Position numbers and translations under genes: made by a program. A DNA stretch of 63,175 nucleotides, counting the filler, from Octopus bimaculoides (taxonomy: Eukaryota): NCBI RefSeq assembly GCF_001194135.2. It is 6 parts of 5 records of this genome, joined end to end, with 100 filler letters (N's around TTAATTAATTAA, not from the genome) between each part and the next. Parts side by side here need not be neighbours in the genome. Positions count along the whole stretch, not along the records: positions 13,635 to 39,383 come from NC_068988.1; 5 more parts are not named here. One strand, written 5' to 3'. The notes under the pieces are model-generated. The model was not told the DNA's origin and made no database searches. It saw nothing but the letters and a program-made list of their open reading frames with translations. Of this stretch, positions 23,746 to 38,016 are shown one piece after another (position 1 is the stretch's first letter; each line of letters starts with the position of its first letter).

Positions 23746-24045
23746 GAGGGCTTCACTGGAAATTAGCATCAACAAAAGCTCGATTCAGTGGATGTTTCGG
23801 AGAGTGATAAAGAGGAGGGGTAAAGGAAAGAAATAAGCAGAAAATGAATAAATGAGAAATATTGAGCGATATGTGAATTAAATACAAGCTTAAAGGCTTG
23901 GAAAACGATATATCTAGTGGAAGTGAATTGTAAAAAAAAATCAATATGTATATATATATATANNNNNNNNNNNNNNNNNNNNNNNNNNNNNNNNNNNNNN
24001 NNNNNNNNNNNNNNNNNNNNNNNNNNNNNNNNNNCTTCTTTACTA

Positions 24046-24348
24046 TGAGTTACTGGGGCAAAAATTCCAACTCTGCAACGTTATAAATCCATCAGCGTAC
24101 TGGCTTGCTTTGCGCCAAAACCAGCCCGCGTGGTGCAAATATTTTTGAGCATAAACATATTATCATTTTAAAATATTCACCATAGATAGTAAGTACTAAC
24201 AATATTAACATCTTATTTCGAATGTAAATATTCGATTCTTTTTGCTCATAAATATTTGTACCACACGGACTGATTTTTGGCGCAAAACAAGAAAGATGCA
24301 GATCGATTAATAACGTGCCAGATTTGGAATTTTTGCCCCAGTAACTCA
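24046..24348. mobile_element. 303-bp foldback MITE with TA duplication
   Basis: Perfect 25-bp TIR TGAGTTACTGGGGCAAAAATTCCAA. Arms remain complementary for more than 100 bp. TA on both sides. Confidence 0.9.
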
Positions 24349-25869
24349 TACTGAAAAAGGTCGAGGCCCATTGGGCCAAAACCCTAAACGATGGTATATG
24401 AGCATGTGAATGGCATAATCTGTATAGGTATGCTTTTTAACGTCTTAATTCTTTATCCCTTTCATTGGTTATTGCTATTTTCTATTAATTTGGTCCCTCC
24501 CGGTGGTTGAATTGCGACTTTAGTTATTATTTGTAAACAGGTTGACGCTTTCAACATCCTTGTTGTTTCTTATAAACTGACACATTTTAAATATAATACA
24601 AATAATTGATTAGAGGCGGTCAACGAAACGTCGCCTCATGTGTTTGAAGATTGTATTCGTCGGAAGGCGGGAGATAAATCAAAGAAAGAAAATATACGGT
24701 AATGATAAAAATTGATGATTTAGCTGATGACATTAACTCCGGATCTGACATGACACAGTACGAATTAAACTTTTACATTTAATTAACTAGAAGAGAAAAT
24801 AAGCATTTCCTTAATTCCGTTTTATTAGACAAATTATCGTATCTTTAGAACTGAATTACTCCACATTTAATACTATTTCAATAGAGAGATTATATAAATA
24901 CGGTTGGTTTAAACATAGTTATTATAATGATTTGAAAATCTTTGACAAATGAAATTACCCAAGCAATGTCAGATAATACGAAATACATGCTGAGCTGTTT
25001 AGCAGTCCATGAATGGCGCTTCCTTAGACGAGTGCGGCTTACTTTGATCTCATAGTTCAAACACGCACGAATTTCTTAAATGACCAATCGTTCCGTGATT
25101 ACGATGCAATTTTCATAATTTGGCGTGAATAGATAATAGATAATTTGAAATAACTCTTACGCACCTGGTAATCAACTTACTCTGGTCATATGATAAATAC
25201 CTTGAAAATTGAGGTTTCTGGAAGCGGCATAAACTTTCAAGAATATATATTCAGCTGTATACTGTAAAGCCATTTTAAATAACAGCTCATAAAGTAATGT
25301 TTTGAAAATATTAATGATCATGCCCAGTCTCAGGTCGAATTCCATATTTTGAGCGTTCATTTCTTCGATCGAGTATACAACATGATCCTTGAATTAGCGA
25401 GCGAATTGCTTGAGTATTTCAAAGGCACGCGTACACGTTAACTAAAACGTGGGGAGAAGCAGTGTTACGCAGATATGAGAAGGCTTTCGAATAGAAGCTA
25501 GTCAACCCGAATTGTTTTCATGTTGTGTCTGTCTAAGGAAGTTCATTTAGAAAACGTGGGTCGACCCGTGTCAAAAGTAAACGCAACTATTGACGCTGCC
25601 TTGATGTCGAAAATTTGCAGGTCACAAGCGAACTGCTTAAACTCTGAGCCGTGTATGCATCCGTATATATAGTTAAGTGCAAATCGTTATATATGTGGAC
25701 AACTTTTCAAAATGAAAAAGCAAGAAGATATCCATTTAAGAAGATATCCATAAAGAAGATATTCATAAAGGAGATATCCATACTCCTGTAAACATGTCTT
25801 CATATATAATTATATACACAGGTATATAAGGATATACATACATACATTCATACATATATGCATACATCG

Positions 25870-26400
25870 ATGAGACATAATATTGTAGCTAGGATACTAT
25901 ATAATGAAATATGTCGAGAGGATAATTCTGAGGAGAAAGAAATAAGAACTCACAGTGTGTTAGAAACCAGAGAAACTCATACTAAAAAGGAGTACTGATG
26001 GAATGTCCCGGTGAAAACCTCAATAAAATGTAGGCACAGCAGATTTGATATATTGATTTAGGACAGAGAAGAGAAATTGTGTATTGTTATGGATATTAGC
26101 TGCCCGGCGGAGGTTAATATAAAACTGAAGACCAGTGAAAAAGAGAATACCTACGCTGAACTATTGAGAAATCTGCAATTACTCTATCCAGATCATAAGT
26201 TCGGGTTTATACCTGTAATTATTGGGGCACTAGGATATGTAATACATTTCCTAAATACTAAAAATGAAAAATTAGCCTTCTCAAAATCAGAAAGGAGAAA
26301 TCTGATTCGAAGTCTACGGATCCAAGCCATCAATGGAAATGTACAAATCTGTAAAACTTTCCAGAATTTTATAATATAAGTATATATGAGCAATTCTAGA
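25870..26400 (+). mobile_element. REL-type (R4/NeSL-like) LINE 3' fragment, second family
   Basis: RHNIVARILYNEIC...WNVPVKTSIKCRHSRFDILI*DREEKLCIVMDISCPAEVN...YAELLRNLQLLYP...IPVIIGALG. Confidence 0.8.
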
Positions 26401-26650
26401 TATGCAAGTGTATTCACGAGAATATATAAATAATACAAAACATGCAAATCTGCACATAACATACATACAAACAAAAATACCCTGTTGATGTTGAAATTCC
26501 ACTGAAGTAGCCTTGGATGTAAGTTAGAATCCGGCTCTTTCTCTATAGTCAGAAAATCATAAAATGAAAGTGAATAGTAATATACTTACATGTATGCATA
26601 CATACATGAATATATAAAAAAATATGTGTGTGTACGTGTGTGTGTGTTTG

Positions 26651-26714
<64 letters not shown>

Positions 26715-27393
26715 TGTGTGTGTATATATACTCTGTCTATCTCTCTCCCTCTCTTGTTCTTCATCCTTTTTTGTTTGTCTCTCCCACCCTTTCCTTATTG
26801 TTCTCTCCCTTCCACCGTTCCCTCTCTCTAACTCTCACTCTTCCTCCTTGAATCTCTCGTCGCTGACACGTGACCAATCGAGATTTCTCTTTCTGTCCAC
26901 TTCCTTCCTAAAGAAAAGACGTGCCTTTTCCTCTCTTCCCTCATGGCTCGTCTACTTAGCTTTCATAATAATTTTTTTCTATCGTCTTGGCGCAACGGCC
27001 CTCACCGTTTGTTTTTATTGTCTTGTTCTCATTGTCACTAACACTTTCACCCTCCGCAAAAAAATCCCAAATTTTATTTAATTTGCTTTGCGGGAAGGAC
27101 TGTTTCAACGAAGTCGCGTATTGTCCTTGCCTTCGAAATTCGGAGTGGATGAAAGAGGGACAACTGACGAAGGGGTATACTCTTTATGTTGCATGCCTCG
27201 TTTCACTGTTTCTTTCTTTCGTTGTCCGAAAAATAAGTTCGTTCTCTATGTTTTCGTTTTTATGTTTTCATTTCTCATTGTGTTCAACATTTTTTTGATG
27301 TCCTGTACCCATATATGCATGTATATATTCATATATATACATGCATATATGCGTATATTTCTATATTACTTATATTATTATTATTATTATTAT

Positions 27394-27445
<52 letters not shown>

Positions 27446-27589
27446 GTAAATATGGTACAAAACATGTACATTGTTTTGTGTTAGTATAAAATATGGGCTA
27501 GGACAAATATTTTGCTGAATTCCCCAGATTTCCTTGTCAGTTGAGTGACCTTAATCAGTAGAGCATGCCCCGTATTAGTGACGATATGT

Positions 27590-27926
27590 GCATCTCTGTT
27601 CAAGAGCAGAAGTAGTGGGGAAGCATCATAGCTATGCGTTGAAAGAAGTTCTTTGGGGTTTGGATAATTCCCCTTTGGAAGCATGTGTGTGTCGTTCAAG
27701 ATTCTTAAACAACCCTTGTTCACAGACATTTTTAGCGAGATGGGCAACTCGACTTGAAGAAAACTCTAGGTGGGCCCCACCTGCAAGGTTAGTGTGGAGA
27801 ACACCATATCGCACACATATGGTTGTGAGGTATGTCCCTGGTGTACCCTTATCAGACGGGTAGTCATGATGGGTCACTTTCATGACATGCGCTGCACTCT
27901 CACTTGATAATGGTAATGATCATAAT

Positions 27927-27985
<59 letters not shown>
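27590..27985 (+). mobile_element. Unclassified retroelement 3' end with (AAC)n(AAT)n tail
   Basis: Inverted homolog of 496-842. Confidence 0.55.
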
Positions 27986-27987
<2 letters not shown>

Positions 27988-28499
27988 TTTTACTTTTGTC
28001 AAAAGGGCAAGCATTTTTGGAGAGAAAACTAGTCTATTACATCCGCCGCAGTATTTCACTGCTGCTTAATTTATCGACACCGAAAAGATGAAAAGCAAAC
28101 TCGACGTCGGTGCAATTTGAACTCAGTACGTAGCAACGGATGAAATATCACTAAGCATTTCTTGCGAATCGGGCACTTGAATGATATGCACCAGGTAAGG
28201 CTGAGCTAATCTGTGATCACCATTCTTAGTCGGATAAATTTCCTGTAAAATATTCAAGTTGTGCAAAGAATAATACCCCGTACAAGTATTTAGCGCGTAG
28301 GGGCTGGTCCAGAGCATACGTTGTTTTGATCATACGTTGTTTTGATCATACGTTGTTTAATATACTAAAGTATGACCGACGTGCTTGAATCCATTTTGTC
28401 TATTATAAGCAAATGATAATGGACTGAACTGAACTGTAGCTAATCTGAACACCCTCTGATAACTCAGAGATGGTGATACAACTATTTTTCCTCACAGCT

Positions 28500-28760
28500 G
28501 CACACATATCTGCTATGTTTTTTTCTCAGTTCTGCTGACTGCGAGTCTCCCATAACGTTCGTAAATACTGAACCTTTTTCGGCCATCTTCGAAACGTTTG
28601 AAACACTCGTACTCTTGTGTGCGGCTCATACACTTTTCTCCATACACTTTCTTCAACTTTTCGAAGGCTTCTGAACAGGTATCGGCATGACAACATTCTC
28701 TATGTGAAGATGACACGCTACACATTTTCCTTCCCAGCACTGCTATAAACAGCGCGAGTG
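28500..28760 (-). mobile_element. Mariner transposase N-terminal fragment
   Basis: SEAFEKLKKVYGEKCMSRTQEYECFKRFEDGR...ERYGR..SRTE resembles the mariner HTH region. Confidence 0.7.
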
Positions 28761-29081
28761 AACTCGAATGTCAAAACTTAGTGCCTATGCACTAGGTCAA
28801 TCTTCGTCAAGCGGCTCCACTCTGCGTGATTTTGCTTCGTTACTATGGCAAGGGTCTGGATACTTATTAGTCATACCTAGTATAGCTCGATTTAATGATG
28901 GTTTTCAGAAACCAAGAGCCCGGCATGAGCAGATATTTATTAAAAGAAGTATTTTATAAAGTAAGACATTTGCTTCAAGATATAATGTCTTTAAGATATT
29001 CACAAAGTATTTTGCCTTATCTTCATACAAAATATAAAAGTTAGGAACATATACTATAGAAAGTTCTTACTGGATGATTGT

Positions 29082-29505
29082 GGAGGCGCAATGGTTAGGG
29101 CGCAATGGTTAGGGCAGCGGACTCGCGGTCATAGGATCGCGGTTTCGATTCCCAGACTGGACATTGTGAGTGTTTATTGAGCGAAAACACCTAAAGCTCC
29201 ACGAGGCTCCGGCAGGGGATGGTGGCGAACCCTGCTGTACTCTTTCACCACAACTTTCTCTCACTCTTACTTCTTGTTTCCGTTGTGCCTGTAATTTAAA
29301 GGGTCCACCTTGCCACACTGTGTCACGCTGAATAGCCCCGAGAACTACATTAAGGGTACACGTGTCTGTGGAGTGCTCAGCGAATTGCACGTTAATTTCA
29401 CGAGCAGGCTGTNNNNNNNNNNATTGCACGTTAATTTCACGAGCAGGCTGTTCCGTTGATCGGATCAACTGGAACTCTCGACGTCGTAAGCGACGGAGTG
29501 CCACT
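29082..29505 (+). mobile_element. SINE family B, near complete
   Basis: tRNA-like head with B box ggtttcgattccc. Body and tail (gacggagtgcca) are shared with 5076, 42452 and 59688. Confidence 0.85.
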
Positions 29506-29834
29506 ACTAATACTGGTGATAACAGTTTCCATGTAGTTCTACTTGTGAAAATGTCTTATGACTGGTAACCACTGATTTAAGATTTAGATAGAAAACACTT
29601 CACAAGCATTTTTCTTTTACACACACGCGTGTGTTCGCACGCACACACATACACACACACACACATGCACACACATATATATGCATATATACACATACAA
29701 ATACATATGCACATCTTTCTATCCTTTTATCTATCTAACTGTCTATCTATCTATGCATGTATTTATGTAGGAATGTATCTCTCTCTCTCTCTCTCTCGCA
29801 ATATATATATACATATATATATATACACATACAT

Positions 29835-29868
<34 letters not shown>

Positions 29869-29873
29869 GCATA

Positions 29874-29922
<49 letters not shown>

Positions 29923-29939
29923 ACGCATATATTTAGCTT

Positions 29940-30017
29940 TTCTGTCGACGTGCATAGGCTCGAAGGCAGGAAACACGAAAAAATGTGGAGCCTTCGAGCC
30001 TACGAACTTCGACAGAA
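29940..30017. other. Isolated GC-rich hairpin
   Basis: TTCTGTCGA/TCGACAGAA (9 bp) plus TAGGCTCGAAGGC/GCCTTCGAGCCTA (13 bp), separated by a 6-nt partly paired segment. 22-nt loop. Confidence 0.8.
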
Positions 30018-30934
30018 GGAAACAAATATAGAGAGGAAGAAAAAAGAGGCATAGAAAAAATGGATCGAATGTATATAAGCATATATATATGATATAATAT
30101 AACAATATAATATAACTTAATATATTATTGCTATGTATCATATGCTTCAATAATTTGCACAATACGAATGGAACTCTTTTATCATTTAGTAATTTTTTGA
30201 GACTAATGTGAAAGGAAATTAATAAGTTTTAAGTCGAATACTAAGTAAATCTGTATGATATAAAATAAAAAAATATTTGATATTTATATTCTGATATAAT
30301 GCAAACATGTAGTTTCTTATGTGTTGAGCCTTCAATAAATTGAAACCATAGAAAATTTACATTCGGTTCTGAGGCTTCACACCTTGAAATTTAAAATGTT
30401 TGGAATTCCCTGCTAAAAGTGCAACTTATTTAAGATATTCTAACCTGCATTATTTAATCATTCATAAGATAATTACACTTTCCAGTAATTTATCTGCATC
30501 ATTCAACGCGGTAGCTTTTGTTCAGTAAATTCTGCCGCTATAAATTGCAACTAAATATCGATAAAATCACAGGTTACATACTAAAAATCATTGCATATTA
30601 TACATTTTAATAATCCCAATCTGTATGCCGTTTATACAATGTGAAATAATGAGAAGCTGCTTAAATGTAAAACAATATTTGCAACTATTTCGTGTGAAGT
30701 GCTTAAAGCACTGACATGAAAAATATATTACTTTCTGCGAAGTTAAGAAAATCCTATATAGCTACATGTCACTCAGCCAATCTCTGTCAGTCTGTCCCTC
30801 CCTCTCTATCTATCTGTCCTTCTCTCTTTGTCTATCTCTCACTCTCCATCCATTTATCTAAATATCTCTCTATCTGTCTGTCTATCTAGCTGTCTATCGA
30901 TATAAATACGTGCATACCCTCACATACACACGCA

Positions 30935-30976
<42 letters not shown>

Positions 30977-31542
30977 NNNNNNNNNNNNNNNNNNNNNNNN
31001 NNNNNNNNNNNNNNNNNNNNNNNNNNNNNNNNNNNNNNNNNNNNNNNNNNNNNNNNNNNNNNNATATGTATGTATATATATATATATATGTATGTATGTA
31101 TATATGGATGGATGTATGGATTGACGGATGGATCAAAACAGTTTGATTGAAATTCGTTGGCACTCCGAGTTTCGAGCGTGATACTAGTCTTTAACTATTT
31201 TGAATTTGAATGAAAGAAGTTGATTGTTATTACCGTAAGGTAGGCCATGATTCACCGAGGAAAGTCACGTGGTGTCGTGGTTTGATGTTGGTATATCAGT
31301 ATATCGGTGACGATAGCTATTTGAAGAATACCGCGTGGTGGACAAGATATCGGTCGGGATGTTGGAGGGGAAGTAGGAAGGGTCGGTATTTGCAATATAT
31401 AGTTGTATATGTGGGTGTGTGGATGCGCACATGGTTTTTGCTGGCATGTTTGTATTGAAGCTAGGATGTGCATATGTACATGGGCGCCCCACCACACATG
31501 AATTTGACATTCCCGCTCACACACTCACATGCATACACATGT

Positions 31543-31616
<74 letters not shown>

Positions 31617-31849
31617 CATCATAGGAATTATGACTATCAGTTGGACTATCCTTAGCTATATCACTAACACTACCGTTAATAGTATTCCCACTAATAGTAT
31701 TATTAAGCTGTTGGCGTTTCCGCCATTAGGGTTAATCGACTTATCCCCGCCCTCAAAATGGCTGCCCTTTAGGCAAAATTTGAAGGCATTGTTATTGTAT
31801 TTATTCTATTTACTATTTTCCTTAGACGTGTTAATTTGGTAATACCTAT

Positions 31850-32920
31850 AAAGCTTGCGTTTATTAGATGAGGATATGGTGGATTCAATATTAAGCGTTA
31901 AGGAGTGGGATAATTTGAGGCTGGCTCGATTAATAATCGAGTGTTACTTGTGGTGCGGAGGATAATTAGAATTGATGATATCGAAATAGAAACTAGGTAA
32001 CCCCTTAACATTTAAGGAGAATGTGGGTATACAAAAGTAGATTTCCCACCTTGATTTTATTAGGTAGTCTGAGGGTGTGGAATCATAATTTCTAGTTGGT
32101 TTGGGGTATTCTATTCTATTTATAAGTTTGCACGAGTATTATAAGTGTTTGTGAAATGTGGTGGAGTACGTGGCTTTTGACGCTGTTTACAGTTCCTTGT
32201 AATAGGTTGAGTATCTCTATCAGCTGTATGGGGATGTTGCATTCATGCTATTAGCGAATGTTGACTTTTGGTGTAGCCTAGATATATAGATCTTAAGCAT
32301 AGTGTTAGAAAAGCACGTTATTTTTTCAAGAAGCCGCTAGCTGCAAGTGCTTGTTTATAATAGGTAGCATGGTTTTTGAATACTTCCTCGGTTGCACCTT
32401 AACTACGGTATCAAAAATAGATTTATGGTGATTAGAATGTATATTGATATTCGTTATGCTAATGGCGAGGGAGAATATAAAGAAGAATTAAATCTAATGT
32501 AACATCTAGGAAATGAGCTTAATGTTCTCGGAAGTAGTACAAAAGGTAAAGTTGGCAACGAACTAAGGTAGGGCCTTTCTGGGTTTTTCTAAAGCTGATG
32601 TGGAGAGGCCTGTAGCAATCAAGAGGTTAGCGTCTCTATCTATGCCCCGATGAATAGCAGAAATGTACATGCGGGAGTTGCTGCAGGGGTAAATTTCCAC
32701 GAGATGTGTGGCCCTTGCTGTGTGAGAGGAGCCCACTGTTATGTCATAGAAATTATGAGATACCTAGCATCAAAATTTGTTATCAAAAGTAATCAGAGTC
32801 TTTCTAGCGGGAGTAACAACATCTACGGGAGTAAGGTTCGTTATTTTTCTTGCATGGATAATAGTTTTATTACCGAAGATAGGAGTGCAGAAGATTAATC
32901 GTTTTTGTTATCTAGTAAAT
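31850..32920 (-). mobile_element. Penelope-like element, RT/thumb region (heavily decayed)
   Basis: Frameshifted minus-strand motifs FYDITVGS..ARATHLVEIY, HFLDVTLDL, EEVFKNHATYYKQALAASGF, and FSLNVK...YPPHHK*HSIINRASLKLSHS...IESTISSSNKRK. Confidence 0.75.
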
Positions 32921-32949
32921 GGAACCACTTTTACCCATGTTTAACCTAA

Positions 32950-33006
32950 CTCTCCCTGATGACGGAATCTTTGATCGTCACAATGGAATATCCTAGAAAT
33001 AGCTGA
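32950..33006 (+). ncRNA. Hammerhead ribozyme remnant (inverted pLTR of the adjacent PLE)
   Basis: CTGATGA-CGGAAT...ATATCCTA-GAAAT-AGCT-GAA. The 5' core is intact; helix III and the cleavage triplet are mutated. Confidence 0.4.
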
Positions 33007-33194
33007 ATATTTTATTATATAGCTAAATTAATTATCCTTATCAAAACTTACCAAATTGTTTGCCTTTTACATTCTATTTTAACCTGTATATACACACACA
33101 CACACACACACATATATNNNNNNNNNNNNNNNNNNNNNNNNNNNNNNNNNNNNNNNNNNNNNNNNNNNNNNNNNNNNNNNNNNNNNNNNNNNNN

Positions 33195-33225
<31 letters not shown>

Positions 33226-36200
33226 CTTAGGTATTGCGAGATTAACAACTCGATGTAGAACCCAATATACGTGTGTTTCAGGACGAAGTTTTGGCTTAAT
33301 ATACAGCAGTATTAAGAAAGAGCGATGACAAAGGAATAAATTATTATCGTATGAACTTCATTAGCTTACAGTTGTTTCTGCTATGTTATGCAGTGGATGT
33401 AATTCTTCCCAAATAAAATGCACGTTATTTTCGAGACACCGATAAAGCTATAGGGTGTTATTCAGGCACTCAACTATAAGTCCACTGCATCTTATATCAG
33501 AAACAACTAATGAAGTTCATAGGATAATCATCTATTCATTTGTCATGTTTCCTTTATATGCTTATTTATTAACTCCATGTGGATATATGACAACGACTAA
33601 TAGTATTTCACATTCCTGTAGCTGCATCATTCCAGAACAATTGTTTTCTAAAACATACCTTAATATTTATCATCGAATGCCATTTAATAAGATGTACAAT
33701 TCATTTTCCATTTTCTACCCAAGTTGCCGTTCTTATGAATTTTATTTCATTAATAGAAAATTCACTTCTTTGTTTAATCAATATGATAATACTTGCTTTA
33801 TTTCCAGTAGAAAAATGGGATCCGTTTGCGTATTATAGTAACATGAAATTAAGTATGCAACGAAATAACAATGCAAATTAATTTATAATGATTGTGAAAG
33901 AAAAATAATTATAAGGTATTCGTTTTCCATTATTCCACTATTGTTGTATCGCTGATTTTTATTCCATTTTCTAAGTTCCTTTATACCCAATTCCCACCCT
34001 ATCGCTTTCGCACTTTTGTATTTCCTTCGGCTTTGATATCTTTTATATGTTATTCAATTTCCTCTTTTCCTCTACATATCCCAATGTCTTGCACCCTTGG
34101 CCATTTTCTTTACCATTCCCTTTCCGGGTATTTACTGTTTTGTACTCCTAGAAAACAAAAGCAATTTCTCAGGTAATGCCTTTATCAGACACAGCGAACG
34201 CATTTTTTCATTCCGAATTACAGTTGACCATCGAAAGGCAGAGACCGACGTTGTCGTAAGACGTCTTATCTAGTACTAATATCACCATAAAGCACGAAGT
34301 AAGACGCCACCTTCATTAAAACAAACATGAGGCTGAATTTAGAAGCTTTACCATATATCTTCAGTTATGTCTTGATCAGTGGATAACAATACGTCCCATT
34401 AATCTATTTTCAACATTTTGCACTACATTGCACGCAGTTATTTTACCAGTTACATGTGAATATATATTGATGTTTGTGTAATGTCAGCTTTGTAGTCATA
34501 CTCATGAATAGCTGTAAAGAATTATCTCTCAATAGATCATTTATTATCTCTCAACAGAACATACACTTATATGTTACTCAATTTCCATTATTAAACTCTA
34601 GTTTCATGAGCTTATTTTTATTCCTATTCTTACGTTCCATTCCTCATAACCATCACTCACTTTCTCCCTCTCTTTTTCTTATTTCCTTCGTCTTTCCTAT
34701 TTTGTTTTACATATTGCTCGATCTTTATTTCACTTTATACATTTTTTACTGTCTTTCTCTTTTCCTGCACCATTCTATTTTCTAAGTACTTACTGTTCTG
34801 TATTTATAGAAATCTCTCTTTAGCAGACAAAATACCAGCTGTTTTTCTATTCGAGGTGATTGCGAATAAAACAAATGGATCTTGAATACCTAAGTGACAA
34901 AAATATGTTTTTATTTACGACGAGAAATTGTGAGAAAGAGACTGTGTGAACATCTATATGTATGTATCTTTGGGTGAATGTACGCACATGCTGAAAGCGA
35001 TATACGCTGACAAGATAGAATGTGATGGACGAAAGATGAAGCACATCGAATGCATATAGGAACAGAAGTAAGCCTTGAGATCAAAATGAAAATTCAAACT
35101 ATAACGTTTGCAGCATATATGGAATATATATGACGAATGCGGTAAATGCGATTCAGAGTATAATTTTATAGACGCTTCGTGTTTGTAAAGTGAATATATT
35201 AGATTAAACTATGATGCACCACACCTATCACACCATCTGGGAAAACATGAAAACCAAATACGCAGATTCAAGTTATTTTTACACTGTGTCTCACTTCAGC
35301 AGTAAACTATCTTCACTTACATGTGAATGCTCTTATGTATTCACGTCATAACCTTGCAACTTGTGAGTCTGTAGCTGCGTTTACTCTGTTTCAAGTATTC
35401 TATTCAGATATCCAGTATTAGGATATCTTCCGCATAGCCTCCCGTTAGTCTTGGATATATCATAAATTATCATATTATAGACATTCTTTTCTGAATAAAA
35501 ACATTATCAGAAAAAAAAAAGAATGAAATAAAAGCGCAAACATTCCTGATGAACTGTAGAAATTGTCAAATATGTTAGAGCTCAAAACAAGTACTTTCTT
35601 TTAACAATGAATTTATGTACGAAACGGGGTCAATATAAGCTTATTAAAATCTCTTATACAAAGATATTCCCAACTTTCTCACATTGTCTCAATTGTATAG
35701 TGAAAGTATTTATTTATACATTCTTTTAAATATAACCTCAAACATTGATATATAATGTTTATTTCAGAACTGTGAAAATATCTGGTTATTGATTTTTACG
35801 AATATATGAAATACAAATTTTTTCGCATAATTGGTCTGGCTATATAAATATAGATATTTTAATGAAACGAAGTACACTATTTAAACAGATAAAAAATACA
35901 TTAAATAATCCATTCTACTTTTGGTACAAAGGCAGCAGTTTTGAGGCGAGGGACATGTCGATTACATGACCCTTGTGCTTGACTAATACGTTATTGACTC
36001 CGAAGAGATGAGGGACAGAGTCACCCTCGATGCAATTTGAACTCAAGATGTACTACCAAAACAAAATGCTGCTAAGCGTACTAACGACTTTTATTTTAGC
36101 AAATTCGTAAGGATTAGAATCAGAATATGCCTTCGTATGATTTGAATGCAGAACGTGAATATCCGTAGCATATACCGCAAGGCATGTTTCTCCTATGCAC

Positions 36201-36715
36201 TAACGACTGTGACAATTTTGTAAACAATGCCGTATATATTACTGGGAATTCAAAACAAATAAGTAGATCCTGAACTAAAATGTGCTTCTAGAAATCATTT
36301 GCATTCAACTGCTCCTAACTATTGATTATACTTTAAACAACCATATATCTAAACGAGATCTAATTTCATTGTTGAAATAACGTCTTCAGTTACAACCCAT
36401 AGGCAATAAAGACAAACCCGTTTCAATCTACGTAGATTGCCAATTGTCAGAATACATGCACTGAGCTCTGTATATTTTTAGGTAAACTTTAATTTTGTGA
36501 TCATTGTATTGTTTAGTTTCAGGGGAAATTTGGACATGTTCATCGATTTATTTATCTTCAGAGTTAGCTGGATATTTCTCTATGATTTCCCACAAGTCAG
36601 GGCAAATGTCTTGTATATATACGTGTATAATTATGTATATATATATATACGCACACACACACATATACATACATACGAACATATATGAATATATATGTAA
36701 GTGTATATATGTATG

Positions 36716-36773
<58 letters not shown>

Positions 36774-37243
36774 TGTACACACACACGCATGACTACATAC
36801 GCAAGTACACAAGCACACTCATAAACACATGCACATATATTCTTTAGGCTAGTAGTAAACACATATACTACTACGAGCATCGTCAGCTAATTACAGTGTA
36901 ATCATTCGTAATTATATGAGTGTTTTCTTCCTTTGTAATCTTTAGGGCGTCCATTTCGCATTTCTCTTCTTTGAAATGAACCAAATATATTTAGATTGTA
37001 GCGATTACATAAGTACATCTTGAATTACACATATCAGCAAATATAACAAATAATATATAAACAAGAGTGAACAAACTACAGAAGGCTTGTGTTACATGGT
37101 TAAAGTATATATTTAAATTGTTATGTCAGAAAAATGTTATAAAATTTTTGGGTATATAAACATTGAATTTGGAGAAATAACCGGTTTCGTGTTGTCTTTT
37201 CAAATTTCTCTATTTGTATCGTAACATGTCTTCGCTCCAGTGT

Positions 37244-37292
37244 GTTCTAGATAGGGAGAGGTAATCCCTGATTACCCCCCCCTATCTAGAAC
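37244..37292. other. 49-nt palindrome (23-bp stem, 3-nt loop)
   Basis: GTTCTAGATA-GGGAGAGG-TAATC-CCT-GATTA-CCCCCCCC-TATCTAGAAC. The only mismatches are two A:C pairs. Confidence 0.9.
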
Positions 37293-37976
37293 TCTATTTT
37301 AGGTGCTTCCATGTGTGGCAAAGGGGCTATGCTGTTGGAATTTCATGCGCTGCTGATTCAGAGGTCAGCAATGTCATTCCAAGTCTATTGATAACCACAC
37401 CACCTTACTCACTTATACATGTCATATGAGTATGTACAGACACATTCATGGATATAGCAGGGCTTACACACGTCCACTCACCAGTTCTCGCTGAATATTT
37501 TGTATCAAAATTGTAATTTCATAAATAGTAGAAGTTCATCATTTTGTTTAAGTGACCAAATCAATTTAATTCATTATTTGCTAATATATACACGCATATA
37601 TATTCATAAGTAGATACACAAGTGATATTCACACACAAACATTCATACAGACACTCGAGCTAGCGCGCTATCAAACTTAAGAGATAGGAAATACTATATT
37701 AATTATATCGTTACTGTTACAAATTATGTGTATAGAGATGACTTGCTAAAAGTAAGTCCTCACAATTATCAAATAAAGTAAAATAACGCACGGGGAGTAT
37801 AAATCTAGAAGTAAACCAAAGAAGCTACATTCTATCGTTAACCGGTAGTTTCACGCTAATAGGTCAATTAAAATCGGAAAGACTAGCGGTACTTATGTGG
37901 GTATCGTATAACTTGGCACTTTGCAACCAGCTAAGCAATCTGCATCACCCAAGTCATGCAGTAAATATAAGTCATT

Positions 37977-38016
<40 letters not shown>

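Noticed and set aside
25172-25360. Minus-strand exon ending at the strong donor AGA|GTAAGT
   Set aside because: An isolated donor with no identifiable acceptor or homology.
28315-28358. Short tandem repeats as a CRISPR-like array (also 25733-25780, 54379-54433, 1420-1505)
   Set aside because: They have only 2-4 adjacent units with no spacers, which fits ordinary slippage duplications in a eukaryote.
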